Assembly (NCBI GenBank): GCA_002633005.1
Contig: NMRA01000954.1
Span: forward strand, 1-64,000
Direction of reading: 5' to 3'
Source: Phoronis australis
Lineage: Eukaryota; Animalia; Phoronida
DNA: 64,000 nt
Below, piece by piece: positions 24,601 through 36,243 of the stretch (position 1 is the first letter of the stretch; every line of letters begins with the position of its first letter). The position numbers were made by a program, and so were the translations under genes. A model generated the notes under the pieces. It searched no databases and was not told the origin of the DNA. It saw nothing but the letters and a program-made list of their open reading frames with translations.

Positions 24601-27120
24601 AGTCAAAGGCGTCTTTCCAATTTCCAATTGAATGTAATGTACTCTGCACCACCTTGTAGTCATGTCCGTTTGTTTGGTATCTGCCTCGTCATCTGCCAAA
24701 CTGCTTGAAGAATTGTGACAATAGGCAGATGTGTTCCTGCTGAGAAGACCACAATTTCAGCTACTGTGGTGCCCCCTGTTGGTAATTTCACTTTTGTGTC
24801 TGTACCTGTATCTCCTAAACCCGTTGTAGGATTTTTGTGAAATTAAGCAAGTGTTTTCCTGTGATTATGACAACTGATGACATTGATCTGGGACAGATCT
24901 GACGACTCCTGTGTGTTTCAATTTTAATTTGTTATGTTTGACTCTCATTGACTGTATCTTCAAAGTTCTTTGGTCAATTTTCTTGTAATATATCAAATAC
25001 ATTTCTATTATGGAGAAGGACTTTCCATTTTTAGATAGTACCACCTACTGGCCACTTTTATTATTTTCAAGACTGTTTTTGATGTTTACATCTTTATCTG
25101 CCTGTACGCCATTATTATGACAATGTTGACATGTATTGACAAGAGAACTAGTGGCTTAATGAATGGCCGAGTTTGACTACTGTGCTGCCCCCTAGTATCA
25201 TTTTTTACACCTAGGCTGTATCTCTTTAACCCCGTGCAAATGTGTTGCTATATGCGCGTGATAACAGATGACATTTTCCGGATAAATCCGACTACAGTAC
25301 TACTGTTCCTCCTAGCATTTTTTACCTTTTGGGACGATATGGACATATTCTGCGCCAGGTTGTATCCATTTTCAAGCTACTGATAAACACTGCTCTCGGC
25401 GTACTGTTTGTGGTGTAGTCATAGGTGCATTTCAATGCTTTGTGTTGCTCTTGTTAAAAATAACTTGTATTTCTATGTGGGAACTTTAGATCTTTGTTGA
25501 AGTAGTATATTTCTACCTCTTCACGGTTACAAGTGTCCCTAGAAGCCAGTTGCAATACACCAATGTTGGAGGTTGACATAGTTGTTGTTGAACTGCGTGT
25601 CTCTAATTTTCACAGAAAGTACAAAAGGTACTTCCTGGAGACAGTGGCTTTCAGCGGGTGGTCAAACCAGTTGGATCTGGTAGAGTGCGCATTGACAACC
25701 TAGCCAAGACTACCAGCCAGGCTTGCATAAAGTCCCTGTGTGAGGCTTGTGGGCCTGTTGAGGTTTGATTTTAATTAGTTTAATATCTTCATGAAGCTGA
25801 CTATAAGTTCCATTTTTGTCGTTTAGCTTCTTTAAGATTAGGAGGTAGTTGACAAAACATTGAGACATGAAATCGATGACAAACTTTAATGTAATAATAA
25901 ACATTAACATAAAGAAAAAAGTCACAAAGAGTAATCTCATTTTCACAAAAATGAGGAACAGACTTTCCTGATGATCCTTGTGAATTGTGCTGTTTGTTTA
26001 ATTTGTGTTGTGATATTTTGAGGATTCACTGTAATGTATGAAACGTGCTTTTAAGATTTCCTTAGTAAATGTGGCGCATTTACGTTATACAAGTGTTGTA
26101 CTTAACGTGATGTAAAATCTACATCACCAAAGTTTTTAAATACCAAAATTTCATCTGCTGACAGTAGTTCCCACACGTGCTTTCTTCACATCAGATTCGT
26201 CAACCAGATGTTTTTGAAGATGTTAACAATTTTTTACCATTAAATGTAACATCCCTTGTTCTAGTCACATGACCTTCGCAAAAATTCACAGTCCAAAATT
26301 GTTAAACAAGTCACCACTAGGGCTGAGTTCAGTAGATGCAAAATGATAAAGCTTGTGTGATCACATGCTTGGCTTGTAATGCATAGGGAAATCTCAGGAA
26401 GTCTTGTCTTTGTGCAAGTCAGTATAATGCATCTATGGAGAAGGTACCTTGCCAGGATTGTTGTTGAACATAAGGAACTGTTGGCAAGTATTGCAAACAG
26501 ACTATGCAAAGTAATCCAGATTTCATTGGGCATTCCAACTACCAAATGAACAGTTGTGATTTGAAAAAACTAAAGTGAAATTGTGTTCCACGAGTTTTCT
26601 GCCTCTAGTCTGTAAATGGTTATTTACAGGTTCGATACGAGAGATATTTCACCACGTGACTTGTGTAATGTTACTGTGACTTGTCTGTTCTCTAGGGTCT
26701 TGACTTGCAACAGTCTCGTGGCATAGCCATAGTGAAGTTTGCCAACCCTGCTAACGCTGTCAAGTTTCTTAAACGCCATAATCAGTAAGTATTCGTTTGT
26801 TAAGAGTTAAAAGTTTAACGTCTTATTGCCTGATTTTGTAAAATGTCTCTCATGTGTGATCCGTTCAGTCTTCCCGCATCCTTTACCATTGTTGGACAAT
26901 TCAGTAATAGTTAAACGGAAGCAACTTGTTGCATAATTAACTAAATGTCAAATGATGAAAAATAGTTTGAGACAATACCACCAGATGGCAGCATATGTCT
27001 AACCAACTCTTACTGTTGGAGAAGTCCGCTGGCAGGCAATTTTCTCATTAAGTCACTATGTTACATTACAGGCGAATGATTGAACTGTCCAAGGTCAACG
27101 TGTCCTTGTTGCCCAACTGA
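547..27120 (+). CDS. RBM33: RNA-binding protein 33 orthologue, 16 coding exons, ~1075 aa (acidic N-terminus, Pro/Gln-rich middle, coiled coil, C-terminal RRM)
   Basis: Exons 547-642, 1750-1843, 4725-5023, 5636-5731, 6018-6180, 9074-9651, 12645-12827, 15127-15268, 15801-15946, 17433-17761, 21814-21916, 23217-23367, 23851-24413, 25616-25762, 26696-26784, 27072-27120 join via GT-AG into one open frame of 3228 nt. Motifs recalled from vertebrate RBM33: RFKSER..NIPDTLEIS, KILINPHFKGTV, terminal RRM ending RMIELSKVNVSLL. Confidence 0.9.
1459..1694. repeat. 118-bp tandem duplication
   Basis: TTGGATTGTACTGTATGTCGGCC... at 1459 and 1577. Confidence 0.9.
1750..1843 (+). CDS. RBM33: RBM33 coding exon 2 (SDTEEELDEDALL...)
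   Basis: ttgcag acceptor; donor G|gtgtgt chosen to match phase 1 of next exon. Confidence 0.75.
2207..2447. repeat. 38-bp minisatellite (continues 4623-4690 after the transposon)
   Basis: GATGTGGACCTTAAATTGCATTGGGAAGATGCTGTTTT. Confidence 0.9.
2448..4622. mobile_element. Non-autonomous hAT-like (hAT5-type) TIR element
   Basis: TIR CAGGGCTCGAC...GTCGAGCCCTG, 5-bp TSD ACCTT, subterminal CAGGTCGCA repeats; interrupts a 38-bp minisatellite. Confidence 0.85.
4725..5023 (+). CDS. RBM33: RBM33 coding exon 3 (acidic, DVIDISVN)
   Basis: ctgcag acceptor, CAG|gtttgg donor, open Glu/Asp-rich frame. Confidence 0.85.
5102..5391. repeat. 43-bp minisatellite x~7
   Basis: CGACCTCTAGCTGTCTAGTTATTGACAGGCTACTCTGTTTCAG. 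Confidence 0.9.
5636..5731 (+). CDS. RBM33: RBM33 coding exon 4
   Basis: cctag acceptor, GAG|gttggt donor, 96 nt phase 0-0. Confidence 0.7.
6018..6180 (+). CDS. RBM33: RBM33 coding exon 5 (DEEDED...RGRFKSER...NIPDTL)
   Basis: ttttag acceptor, G|gtaggt donor, conserved RFK.ER and NIP.TL motifs. Confidence 0.9.
6163..6520 (+). repeat. 27-bp degenerate minisatellite containing the exon-5 donor
   Basis: ACATTCCAGACACTCTCG|GTA(G/C/T)GTCTC x~13. Confidence 0.88.
6530..6800 (-). pseudogene. L1/Tx1-type LINE endonuclease fragment
   Basis: LVDPWRVYNP..SFTWSRKNPVKKSRLDFFLIS is the APE endonuclease C-terminal signature. Confidence 0.8.
9074..9651 (+). CDS. RBM33: RBM33 coding exon 6 (EISEEEQAKIDEF...KILINPHFKGTV)
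   Basis: cttag acceptor, CAG|gtatgc donor, INPHFKG motif. Confidence 0.9.
9741..10991 (+). mobile_element. Helentron/DINE-like non-autonomous element (complete copy)
   Basis: T-rich flank, 5' subTIR ATGCGCC with nearby inverted copy, (GTCC)-like microsatellite, ~150-bp tandem core, 3' subTIR GGGCGCAT and stem-loop CAACGC-TCC-GCGTTG then CTCTTGTT. Confidence 0.75.
11056..12356 (+). mobile_element. Kolobok-like DNA transposon derivative with degraded THAP ORF
   Basis: TTAA TSD, AGG...CCT termini, ~310-bp TIRs, MPRCCCVSGC...RFPKD...W and LKKGTIP THAP remnants (11322-11590). Confidence 0.8.
12645..12827 (+). CDS. RBM33: RBM33 coding exon 7 (Pro/Gln-rich)
   Basis: gtag acceptor, TTT|gtaagt donor, 183 nt. 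Confidence 0.85.
12901..13310 (+). mobile_element. Truncated Helentron/DINE-like copy
   Basis: Same 5' end (tttttatg...gggcgcatcatgccgtcat) and decayed core units. Confidence 0.55.
13375..13695. repeat. 12-bp minisatellite GTTGAGG(A/G)TAGC
   Basis: ~27 copies. Confidence 0.92.
14475..14715. repeat. 31-bp minisatellite
   Basis: GATAAGGTCATACAAGTCATTCATTCTATATT-like units. Confidence 0.9.
15127..15268 (+). CDS. RBM33: RBM33 coding exon 8 (VSHGGPIPQQPQQQF...)
   Basis: cttttctgatag acceptor, CAG|gtgagt donor, phase 0-1. Confidence 0.8.
15801..15946 (+). CDS. RBM33: RBM33 coding exon 9
   Basis: gtccag acceptor, CAA|gtaagt donor, phase 1-0. Confidence 0.85.
16728..16869. repeat. 35-bp minisatellite x4
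   Basis: TGACATCAGTTATGCACTGAAGATGAGAACCATCT. Confidence 0.92.
17186..17410. repeat. 35-bp minisatellite x6
   Basis: GTAGTCACATACCCAACTATACACTGTGTGTCCCT. Confidence 0.92.
17433..17761 (+). CDS. RBM33: RBM33 coding exon 10 (PRQQ repeats)
   Basis: cttcag acceptor, AG|gtgagt donor, phase 0-2. Confidence 0.85.
18821..19764. mobile_element. Second, inverted and internally deleted copy of the 2448-4622 element
   Basis: Same TIR, TSD CCTTT, near-identical to reverse complement of both ends of 2448-4622. Confidence 0.88.
20234..21333 (+). mobile_element. piggyBac derivative with transposase N-terminal remnant
   Basis: TTAA at both sides, TIR (T/C)(C/T)CTTTCAAC; EYFRNFYIDEIFGEIVRVINLNA...FKSLYGL resembles PGBD DDE_Tnp_1_7 start. 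Confidence 0.72.
21814..21916 (+). CDS. RBM33: RBM33 coding exon 11 (PAKKRQS, possible NLS)
   Basis: tttcag acceptor, TCT|gtaagt donor, phase 2-0. Confidence 0.8.
21976..22966. mobile_element. MITE-like element (long imperfect TIR) enclosing a 19-bp minisatellite
   Basis: CATTGTTTCTAAAATC...GATTTTAGAAACAATG inverted ends; TA on right flank. Confidence 0.65.
22105..22816. repeat. 19-bp minisatellite
   Basis: GTATGGTACACTCATGGGT variants. Confidence 0.92.
23217..23367 (+). CDS. RBM33: RBM33 coding exon 12 (coiled coil LEAQKRLREEVKKRKELRRQ)
   Basis: ctgcag acceptor, G|gtgggt donor; resembles RBM33 'EQKRLREEILKQKELRRQ' coil. Confidence 0.9.
23851..24413 (+). CDS. RBM33: RBM33 coding exon 13
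   Basis: ctcag acceptor after pyrimidine tract, AAG|gtaaga donor, phase 1-0. Confidence 0.85.
24500..25454 (+). mobile_element. Old, CpG-decayed Helentron/DINE-like copy
   Basis: Core units and 3' end GGTGCATTTCAATGCTTTGTGTTGCTCTTGTT. Confidence 0.65.
25616..25762 (+). CDS. RBM33: RBM33 coding exon 14 (RRM start: RVRIDNLAKTTSQACIKSLCEACGPVE)
   Basis: cacag acceptor, GAG|gtttga donor, RNP2-like strand. Confidence 0.88.
26696..26784 (+). CDS. RBM33: RBM33 coding exon 15 (RRM: GIAIVKFANPANAVKF)
   Basis: ctctag acceptor, CA|gtaagt donor, RNP1-like AIVKF. Confidence 0.9.
27072..27120 (+). CDS. RBM33: RBM33 last coding exon (RMIELSKVNVSLLPN*)
   Basis: ttacag acceptor, TGA 27118-27120, matches RBM33 C-terminal MIDLSHINVAL pattern. 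Confidence 0.9.
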
Positions 27121-28373
27121 AGCAGACGTTAGGTCAGAGTTCAGCAAATCAAGTGGTGGAAGATGAGGTCAGAAGATATCCATGGGTTCAGAGAGTGAAG
27201 TCGTGAAACAAACAACAAGGTTTATTTGCTGTATTGTTCATGAGATCTGTACCTTGTAAATATTTGTGATGAGCTTTTATTAGTGTTTTCCGTATTAGAT
27301 ATGATAGGCAAAACTGTTGCCTATAGCTGGTGCTTTGTGTTGGTGATGTTCATAGCATTGTTACTGTTGGCCTGAATGCAAGGCGTCTGCTGCCCAGTCA
27401 AGCAAGTACTGCAAGGACCTCTTCTGGCAAGGATAGTGTAAAGCAGGGGACACAACTCCATTCTAAAGAAACAGCCTGTATCATCTGCTGCTGGTCACAA
27501 TAACAAACAGAGCTGTCAATCATTTGGGTATGTCTTGGATTTCCATCTTTTGGACTAGTCAGAGATGAGCAATGTTAGAAAGAAGATGGATGTCAAAAGA
27601 TGTTGAAACATTTTTCCTTTGTGACTATAGACTTATCAGGTGGGCAGTAACGACTATTCTGTGCTGGCACACTAGTGAAATGCAATCACAAAAACTCTGA
27701 TTTAAGACTTTTCCTACTTAAAAAGATAGCTGGGCTCGTTTTACTGTACTTATGAACTCCGGGCTGTGCAAGAAAGTCCCGTCTGAGACAACGTTGTGGA
27801 AAAAAGTGCACATGCAGCACTCCGATCTGGTGCTAAAACGTTTTTCCTGTTTTCTAGTTTTTGAGAAATGAATCGTATGATTATGGTATATAAATGTTAA
27901 ATATTAAAAGGAGAGTTAATGGTGAAAGCATGATACGTCGACCAGCTGTAAGTAGGGGTCAGGAGCACTTTAAGTTTTAAAGTTATTGATTTTGAACTAA
28001 ATGATTCATTTTTGATCAAAAATAGTCGGTAAGAAATGTAAACTATAAAATTCTTTAAATAGGATAAATAATTATGTGACAATAAGATTGCTAATGAAAC
28101 AATATTTTGCACTACGTAATGGAATTGTCACCTTGGGTTTTCTCAAATTGATAACAATTATACAAAATATCCAAAATTATTTATTTCAAGAAATGTTTTC
28201 ATCTCATGTGCCCCAAGTGTGCACAAAGTCCTTTCCTGTTACCAATACTGTTGTTTTCACCAAAAATAGTTGGCTCTGATTTGGCAATATTGTGATTTGA
28301 TTAGTGTATTATGTTGCTTTCAGCATATGTTTTCATTCAGTGAAGATGCCAAAAGCAGTTATACATAGCTTCA

Positions 28374-30404
28374 TTTTTATGTGCCCTCATATTCATGTGT
28401 GGTCACATATTGCTGTCATCTTTGGCGTCCATCCAGCTGTCGGTCCCACATCCATGGCTGTTTCTCTTAAACCCCTACGTGGGCTTGTTGTAAAATTTCG
28501 CAAATGTTTATTCCCATGAACTTGGCAACAGACGATGACATCTTTTGGACCAATCTACTGGTGTGCCCCCTTGTGGCACGTTTAGTGTTTTTGTTTGCCT
28601 TTGTATCTTCGGAGTTCTGTGACATATTTTCATGAATTTTTTGGTTATAGATACGTCTTGAAAGAGGCCTGCAATATGAAAAACATACTAAATTGCACCA
28701 TTCAAAATGGTTCTCTGCTATTAAAATAGAATTCAAACTGTTCACCAGTATTTTTATGGTTTCTTTGGAAAGATTTCAAATTTCTGTTGATGTCAAAGCA
28801 GTTTTCTTTTATTTTCAAATTTCAAAAAAACGATGTGTCAGCTGCTCATCACTTCATCGATTTTATTTGGTATGGCAAGGCATAGACATAGCACATTTCC
28901 TTTATAATTATGGAAAGTGTGACCTTTCACTTTTGATGTAAACAAAACAATAGCGACTTCAAGCAGCAGCCCATCTCTCCATTGATGTTAGTCCTAGCGG
29001 TTTAAAATTGGCAGTATTCCAATATACTCTAAAATGCACTTGGAACTCTTTTTTGCCACAGACTGTGCTGTTGACCTCAGATTTGGATTGTGTTTTCACA
29101 TGATAATCTGCTGTTGAGAATTATGATATCCTTCTTGTCAGTCATCTGTTTGTCAAATGACTGAGGGCGTGCACACATGGGTCATACGTGAGAGGGATAT
29201 TTGAAACTATGGTGACTACTGAGTTTTTCCTTTGCGCATATTACAAAAATCAGGAAGTAAATTCCTTCACGGGGGAAGTGAACAACTCTGTTGTAGACAC
29301 TGTAACTGTCTTCAAGAATTGTTTAAAGGATAGTTTTGATAGCTTTCGCATTCCACGCCTCTTTAAGGGACAACAAAGCCTTCCTATTATCGTTTGGATA
29401 TTTCTTATTTTGTGTCACTTTGTGGCCATAAGAACCATTATGCAAATTGTCAGATGTCTTAATGTTGAGAAGAGCAGAACTGATGTTTATTTTTGGATGG
29501 CACCCACGTTTGTGGCAGTTTTTTATGTCTGCACCTGTATCTTGCATGTTTTTTTGTTGAATTTGACAACTACTGACAAAAAAATCAAGCGGATCTGTCT
29601 GTGGTTGTGCCCCCTAGTGTCAGTTTTATTTATTTTCATTTCTGTTTCTTTGGAGTTCTGTGGCAATGACAAATTTCCATTTTCTTACTGGATTTGACAT
29701 ATTGTATGTCACCAAGTAATCACTTTCATTGTTTTTGAGTTTTTTGGCATCTGCCTTTCTGTTAACCAAACAATTCGTAACGATCATGAAATTGGCACAT
29801 TTGCTTTTACCAGGAAGTGCATTGCCGAAGTTGATTTTTTGACCACTGGGGTGCCCCCTATAGGCATTTTTTTACCTGTGGCTCAATATCTTGATGATTC
29901 TTTGTGGTGTGTGTTTCTGCTGAGGTTTATGGGACAAATATGACTACAGTGTGTACCCTAGTGGCATTGTTGGTTTTCTTGGCCAAGTTCCGATGGATGC
30001 TCTGGAAATGTTGTAAATAAGCTATTATCACGGAGACAAGAGCACCTGCCCATTTCAGTTGGATTTGACCTAGGTTGTGCCCTCTAGTGGCCGTTTTATT
30101 ACTTGTTTTTGTCTCTTCTTTGTCGTCCGCCTCCCTATCCGTCAATCAGCATTGAAGAATTATGGTGAAAGGAGGCAGGTGTGTTCCTATTGAGGAGAGT
30201 ATTGATAAGTTGATTTGCACCCCCTAGAGGCAGGTGTGTTCCTATTGAGGAGAGTATTGATAAGTTGATTTGCACCCCCTAGAGGCTATTGTTTACTAGT
30301 ATTGCTTGTTTAGTGAGAATGTTTGAAATAATGAATGATCCCTTGTATCAGGGCTGTATGCAATGCACATGGTGGGCGCATATCAACATTCCCGGTTGCT
30401 CTTG
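28374..30404 (+). mobile_element. Helentron/DINE-like copy downstream of RBM33 stop (with unrelated insert ~28690-29380)
   Basis: 5' TTTTTATGTGCCC..GGTCACATATTGCTGTCATC; 3' GGGCGCATATCAAC..GTTGCTCTTGT. Confidence 0.6.
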
Positions 30405-30632
30405 TAAATAATAATGAATAAAACTAAATAAAGTTCTTAAGGGACTTACATTCATTTTGCAATCAACAGTCATATTTATTTTATCAGTTAGTTTTTGTGA
30501 ATGCATTTCAAACTGTCACAGCAGTCGCGACCACCAGTAGGCATTGTTTGAAGCTTCCAACCAGCGTGAGGCGGCAACTTGTCTGGACTGTATTTGAGGA
30601 TTGCCATGGATATTAGACATTGATGTGTTGAG

Positions 30633-31085
30633 GAGTGTTCAGTGTATATGATCGTGCACCGAGTGTTCAGTGTATATGATCATGCACCGAGTGTTTAGTG
30701 TAAATGATCATGCACCGAGTGTTCATTGTATGTGATCATTCACCGAGTGTTCAGTGTATATGATCATACACCGAGTGTTCAGTGTATATGATCATGCACC
30801 GAGTGTTCAGTGTATGTGATCATTCACCGAGTGTTCAGTGTATATGATCATGCACCAAGTGTTCAGTGTATATGATCATGCACCGAGTGTTTAGTGTATA
30901 TGATCATGCACCAGATGTTTAGTGTATATGGTAATTAGCTGAATTTTCAGTGTATATGATCATGCACTGAAAGTTCAATGTATGTGATCATGCACTGAGT
31001 ATTCAATGTAAGTGATCATACATTGAGTTTTCAGTGTAAAGGATCATGCACGGATTGTTCAGTGTAAATGATAATACACTGAGTG
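30633..31085. repeat. 28-bp minisatellite
   Basis: GAGTGTTCAGTGTATATGATCATGCACC. Confidence 0.9.
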
Positions 31086-34000
31086 CTCCATTCAAACTTA
31101 AATCTTTGGTGCGGTGCTGGCCATGTGGCTAGGGAAGAATAATTGGTTGAGTCACAGAGTTATACCCTCACACAGGAGGCAGTCAGGTAGTTTTTGCTGT
31201 TACATCCGTAGTTAAGAGCTAGGAATACTGTGAAGGACTGTTGAATTCTAATAAACACGATGTCAAAGAAGACTTCATATCTAGACATTTAAATTTTGAA
31301 CTTGATAAGTACTAGGAAAGTAGTAAAATGTTTGCAAACCCAAATTCAAAATCATGCTGTTAACTAAGTGTTTGTGCATTCAATGTTTATGTTTGTAAGT
31401 GAGAGCAGAGAAAAGAGACCGTACTCTAGTTAGCAGTAGTGTTAGGCATAAACATTACTTGTAAACGTGGCCTTAAGTCTTTCAACATTTCCTCAAAAGT
31501 TTACTTTTATGCTTAGGCACCTGTTTGCCTATTTCTAGTGATGAATAAGCAATGCATTAATAAATGGATTTGTGACGTATATGCAGTGGATCGTGGGAAG
31601 TGAATCAATGAAACTAGAGAATGCTCACCTCCTTCTTTAGGCAACAGTTGACGAGGAAGACTAATGTTCGGTAACTTTTTTCATAAAGAGTTCCAATTCC
31701 TACCAGTTAACTTAGAGAAAGGCCTCCATAGAGAATGTTGCACTGGCTTGTAGTCCTTATGATCTCTTTGTATAATTGGGAATTTTCTAGTCCTTGTTAA
31801 CATTGGTTTATAATTCATTGAGCTGCTCTCAATATAGCATTGTAAACCTCCAACATAAGTGACTACTGTCTAGTCGCATCTTCAGATAAACGTATATCAT
31901 CATGTAATCCCTTTTTTAACAATGTTAGCTCTCAAAGCCAATCTTGAATGGTAACACTTGTAAATTTGATTTTTACAGTATGTTAAGAGCATTGTTCTGA
32001 GCCCACTAGTGCCAAAAATTGCCAAATGTAACATACTGTTAGGCGTAATGGCTTGCTTTTGTTTACATCACCGCGAAAATCACCTTTTAATTCAAACAGC
32101 TGCGAATAACACCCTCACGCAATGGTGTTCAGACCCCTATTCAATACAACTGTTGTCGGCATTTTGTTGTTTGTGCTGGGATCTTGTGGTGATGTGACAT
32201 GGCACGAAAAGGCACCCTCACTATCATGTGACGGGCTTACATTTGCGTGATTGAAGTCCTGTTTTCTTATTTTACTAAGGCTGTGCTAGGACTATCTGGT
32301 TAGCTGAATACTTCTAAAATAACAAAATTCCATTGAAGTTAGGCTTTAAGACAGTTGCTTAATAACTTTCTTAAAATAAATGAATATAATTGTCCGTCTT
32401 ACCACCAAAGGAACAAGTCATTTTTAACAATCTTTATTTTCATTAAAAATAACTGTTGAGTTAAGACCTTTCTGAGTAAATAATATTACTTAAAAATAAT
32501 AGTTTAAGGGTTGGTTATTTTTTTACAATATACTACTTGGTATAGGATTCTACTAGGCCATTCTATATATGGGTAGCAATCTGAGTCTTTCAGTTCTTAT
32601 GGAGACATTTTTTGTTAGAACCCCTAGTGGATGGTGTCACATTCGGGGTACTCGTTGGCTCAAGTTGCCCATTTCTACTTGTACCATGACGATGTCCCGA
32701 TGAGCTTGGACATTCTCAGAATGAGTTTGTTGTGATCGGGTCATTACTCAAACATTACCAAACTGATTCGTCGTTGACAAACTTACTAAAACACCTGTAT
32801 TTTCACTGTCACTTTTGCCAGTAGCAAAGGGGCCAAAAATAGGAAAGGCAGAAGGTGTCACTTTTTGCTGGAGGTTTGACTTACCCCAAACCTACTGGCA
32901 TTTTTGCAAGCATTTTTATGGCTAGGCGGCTTGCTTCAAATGATACACATGGGCACTGGTTAAAGCCTTTGTTTATTGATGCATTAATCAATTGATGGGG
33001 AAGTGAACATGTTTTGGCATCAATTTTTCCTTTAAAATCATTGAGGTGGTGAAAAAATAAACTTACTATTGCTACAGAAATGACCCCCCAATGTGGCCCC
33101 CCAGTGTTTATAATTTATTGTCCATGATTAAAGTCGTGTCCACTCTAGGAGTTGCCTTAGAACATCTTGGGCTAATGCACCTTGCACAGTCCACACCTTA
33201 CACCATGTGAAAATATGGCCCAAAAGGATTAGACACTCCCATGTATGTAACTGAGCAGGCACACAGCTCGTAATTACTTCCCCTTGTCTGCAGGTTTTTA
33301 CTACAGTGTTTGTGTCCACTCTATGACTTGCATTGAGGCAATTTACCCTAGCTGGATGAGGTGGGGTAAGTTGTCACATGTGTCAGTATGAGAATTACCA
33401 TCCACACAACTTCTAGACCCAGTGACAATGGCTTAGTGGTAACTTGTTCTAGGATAACCTGTAGTGTGGGTGGGTGACTCTTAAAATGTTAAGTTAAGGC
33501 CATCAGAATGTATTATCCCGTATTATTTTGAGTAAAGCCATTCAAAAATAAAAGACGAAGTGAAAGGTTTTATGCTTCTTGCTAAATTTACTTGCATCGT
33601 TTCCCTAAATTTTTTAAAATTAATTTGCCATTTTGGTAGATCTGCCTTGCCAATGTTAGTCTTTAAACCCGAGTTTTGAAAGTTAGGAATTAGATATGAA
33701 TTTAACTTTTCAAAAGATGAAGTTTATTATTTTAAAAACACTTTTCATAATCCTTGAAATGACTAAGTGGAAAAGCTAATTTTTTTGCGAAAAGTAGGAA
33801 TTTGAAGTCTTAGTAAATTGCCACACTGCATTGTCTGTCATAGTACTGTGCATTACTTGTTATATGTCATAGTACAGTGCAATACTTGTTATATGTGACC
33901 TCTGGTACTCAAGATAGTCTGGTCTTGCCTCCTGTATAAGGGAAACTCTGTGTGTTGGATGTTGCCAAGTAAACCAATTTAGTTGGTTTATACAGTGCAT

Positions 34001-35938
34001 GCTAAGCATGATAAACATTATCTGGTCTATACCTGGCACATTTTTGTAGTTTGAATATCTAGTGTACAAGAAGCAAGATTTTGTTAAGTTTCACTGACAG
34101 TCTTGTTCATGTTGAGAAAACCTGTTAAATACTTAGTTTTGTGCTGTTATGTTTTGGTACACAAGTGAGATTATGATGTAATTAACATAAGGTGACAGTG
34201 TTGTGTTGTGTTACTTGTACATAAGCAGATGTTTGAATGACATTAAGGGGAAATTGTGAAGTTTTTTAAATGTTCTATTTTTAATTACCTAAATTTTAAT
34301 TGCTTGCTATTATTTTCATAAGCTTAGCAGCATTGTTGCAAATATCCTTTTTAAAAAATCTGGAGATTGTTTAAGTATCAATGAAAGTTTAGTTTCTATA
34401 ATAAATTATGTAAGTAAACAAGTAATTGAATGATTGGAAAGATATTTGTGACTTTGAATGCTCTGTTTGATTTTAATATTGTTTTCAGTTTTCAACATCA
34501 GCAAGTTTGTATTATATGTCAGCTGGTCCACAGGTTCTTACATAATTTATCAAACTCTGCTTTATGTTAAAGACTTGGCAGTTAGATGCAGTACTCCCAA
34601 CAGGTCTGAAATGTTCTCTTAAGTCATGTTACTAAAATGTTTTTAAATGAGGCTCCATTTAATACCAGCAAACCTAAGCAACTGAGGCCAGTGTCTGTTT
34701 GAACAAATGTTGCTTTGTCCCGTTTGTAGACAGTTCCAATGTCCCACTATGTTTTATTTTTGTAATGATTAGATTAAGCCTGGCAGTAGAATGAAGATTC
34801 ACATAGGTTTAGTTGTAGTCAAGTGTTCTTTGGAAATACATGTATTAAATTTATGTGTGAACATTTCTAGTGTGAGTTGATGGTTTGTACTACTCTGCTG
34901 TTTTATGTTACTTGGTAATAACACTAGTGTTCAGAATGAAACCCCAGGTGTGCTTAGCATGTCGACTGGGGTCTTGTGTAATGTCACAAGTGGTATGAAC
35001 CTGTTTTATGCTGCGCCGTAAGCTCACTTCAAGTCTTCCTGTTATTGATGTTTGGATATTATTGAGCAACTTATCTGTGCCCTATGCAATAGCCTGTTGT
35101 GCAAATTATGGGATTTCACAGGACAAGCAGGTTGACTGCCACTGAAGTTCACAGGAGTGCTTTGATTGTACTCTGTGTGTATGTTAACAGTTTCCTGTTA
35201 TTTGAGGGCCCTGACTGTATTCCTTTTGTATTTACTACGGTTTAAGTTTCAGGAAAAGACAGAAGGTAATGATACTTCCTTTGGTAATCAGGATTTTGTC
35301 TGTTTTCAGAGAACATCTACAATTATGTAACTGCTGTCCCCATGTGGACATAGAGATTTCACAAAGACTTGGTGCTTATTTTATCATTTCAGAAAATCTT
35401 AGTTATTCAGGTCATCATATTTTTCCAGCTTTGTGCACTCCACCAAGAGTAGTGTAATCTATCCACTGTTAAGAGACAGGCCTAGGGGAGAAATGGGAAC
35501 CAGGGAACCCTCTTTAGCCAAGAATCGTGATTAATTGAAATAGGTGCAACTGGTTGTATGGTCAAAACCATTTTACTCAGGTTGTGAAAAATGGGTTGTA
35601 CTGAGCTGCAATTCCTAGCTTTAGTTTAAAAAAATGTCATTTGTGTAGGAACCAGGGGCAAGCCCCCCCTGCTGATTTGTGGGTAGGGACTGCACACCCC
35701 TACTGAATTGGAGTGACAAGAAAAACCGTCCTGAACAGCTTTGTAGGTTTTGCTTATCATTTGCAGTAAAGTTGTGTTCATCAAAGACTTACTTTCAGGC
35801 ACTACTATGGGATGTGCTGTTGTGGAGAGGTGCCATCTGTAGGGAGAAAGTGACACTTATACAAGTTATTGATATGAGTTATAAAATGCTTGGTTGATCT
35901 AATGACAATTTCTTGGTAGCTAACTTATGTTGCTTTTA

Positions 35939-36243
35939 CAGTGACGGATCTATGATACCATAAGGGGCGGCCCAACATGTTGTCTCGGGGAATTGGGCAA
36001 AGTGCGATTGTATGTACAGCACAGGCCCGAATTTGCAGGGGCCGCTTATGTGAACCTTCTGTTCCGAAAATTGACCGGTGTACAAAAAAAAAAACGTGTA
36101 CACCCCGATCTGGGGCCTCTCCTCCACTACCGGTCCTAGTTACTTACTCAATATTTCCTCAGGCTTCACGTTGTTGCTGTTCCATTTTCCTTGCGGCAGC
36201 CAAGGGGGGGGGGAAGCCGGCCCCCCTCATAAATCCGCCTATG
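35939..36243. mobile_element. hAT-like MITE
   Basis: CAGTGACGGAT...ATCCGCCTATG termini, 5-bp TSD TTTTA. Confidence 0.75.

Noticed and set aside
29188-29697. 169-aa + strand ORF
   Set aside because: Runs through degraded repeat sequence, non-ATG start, no recognisable domain.
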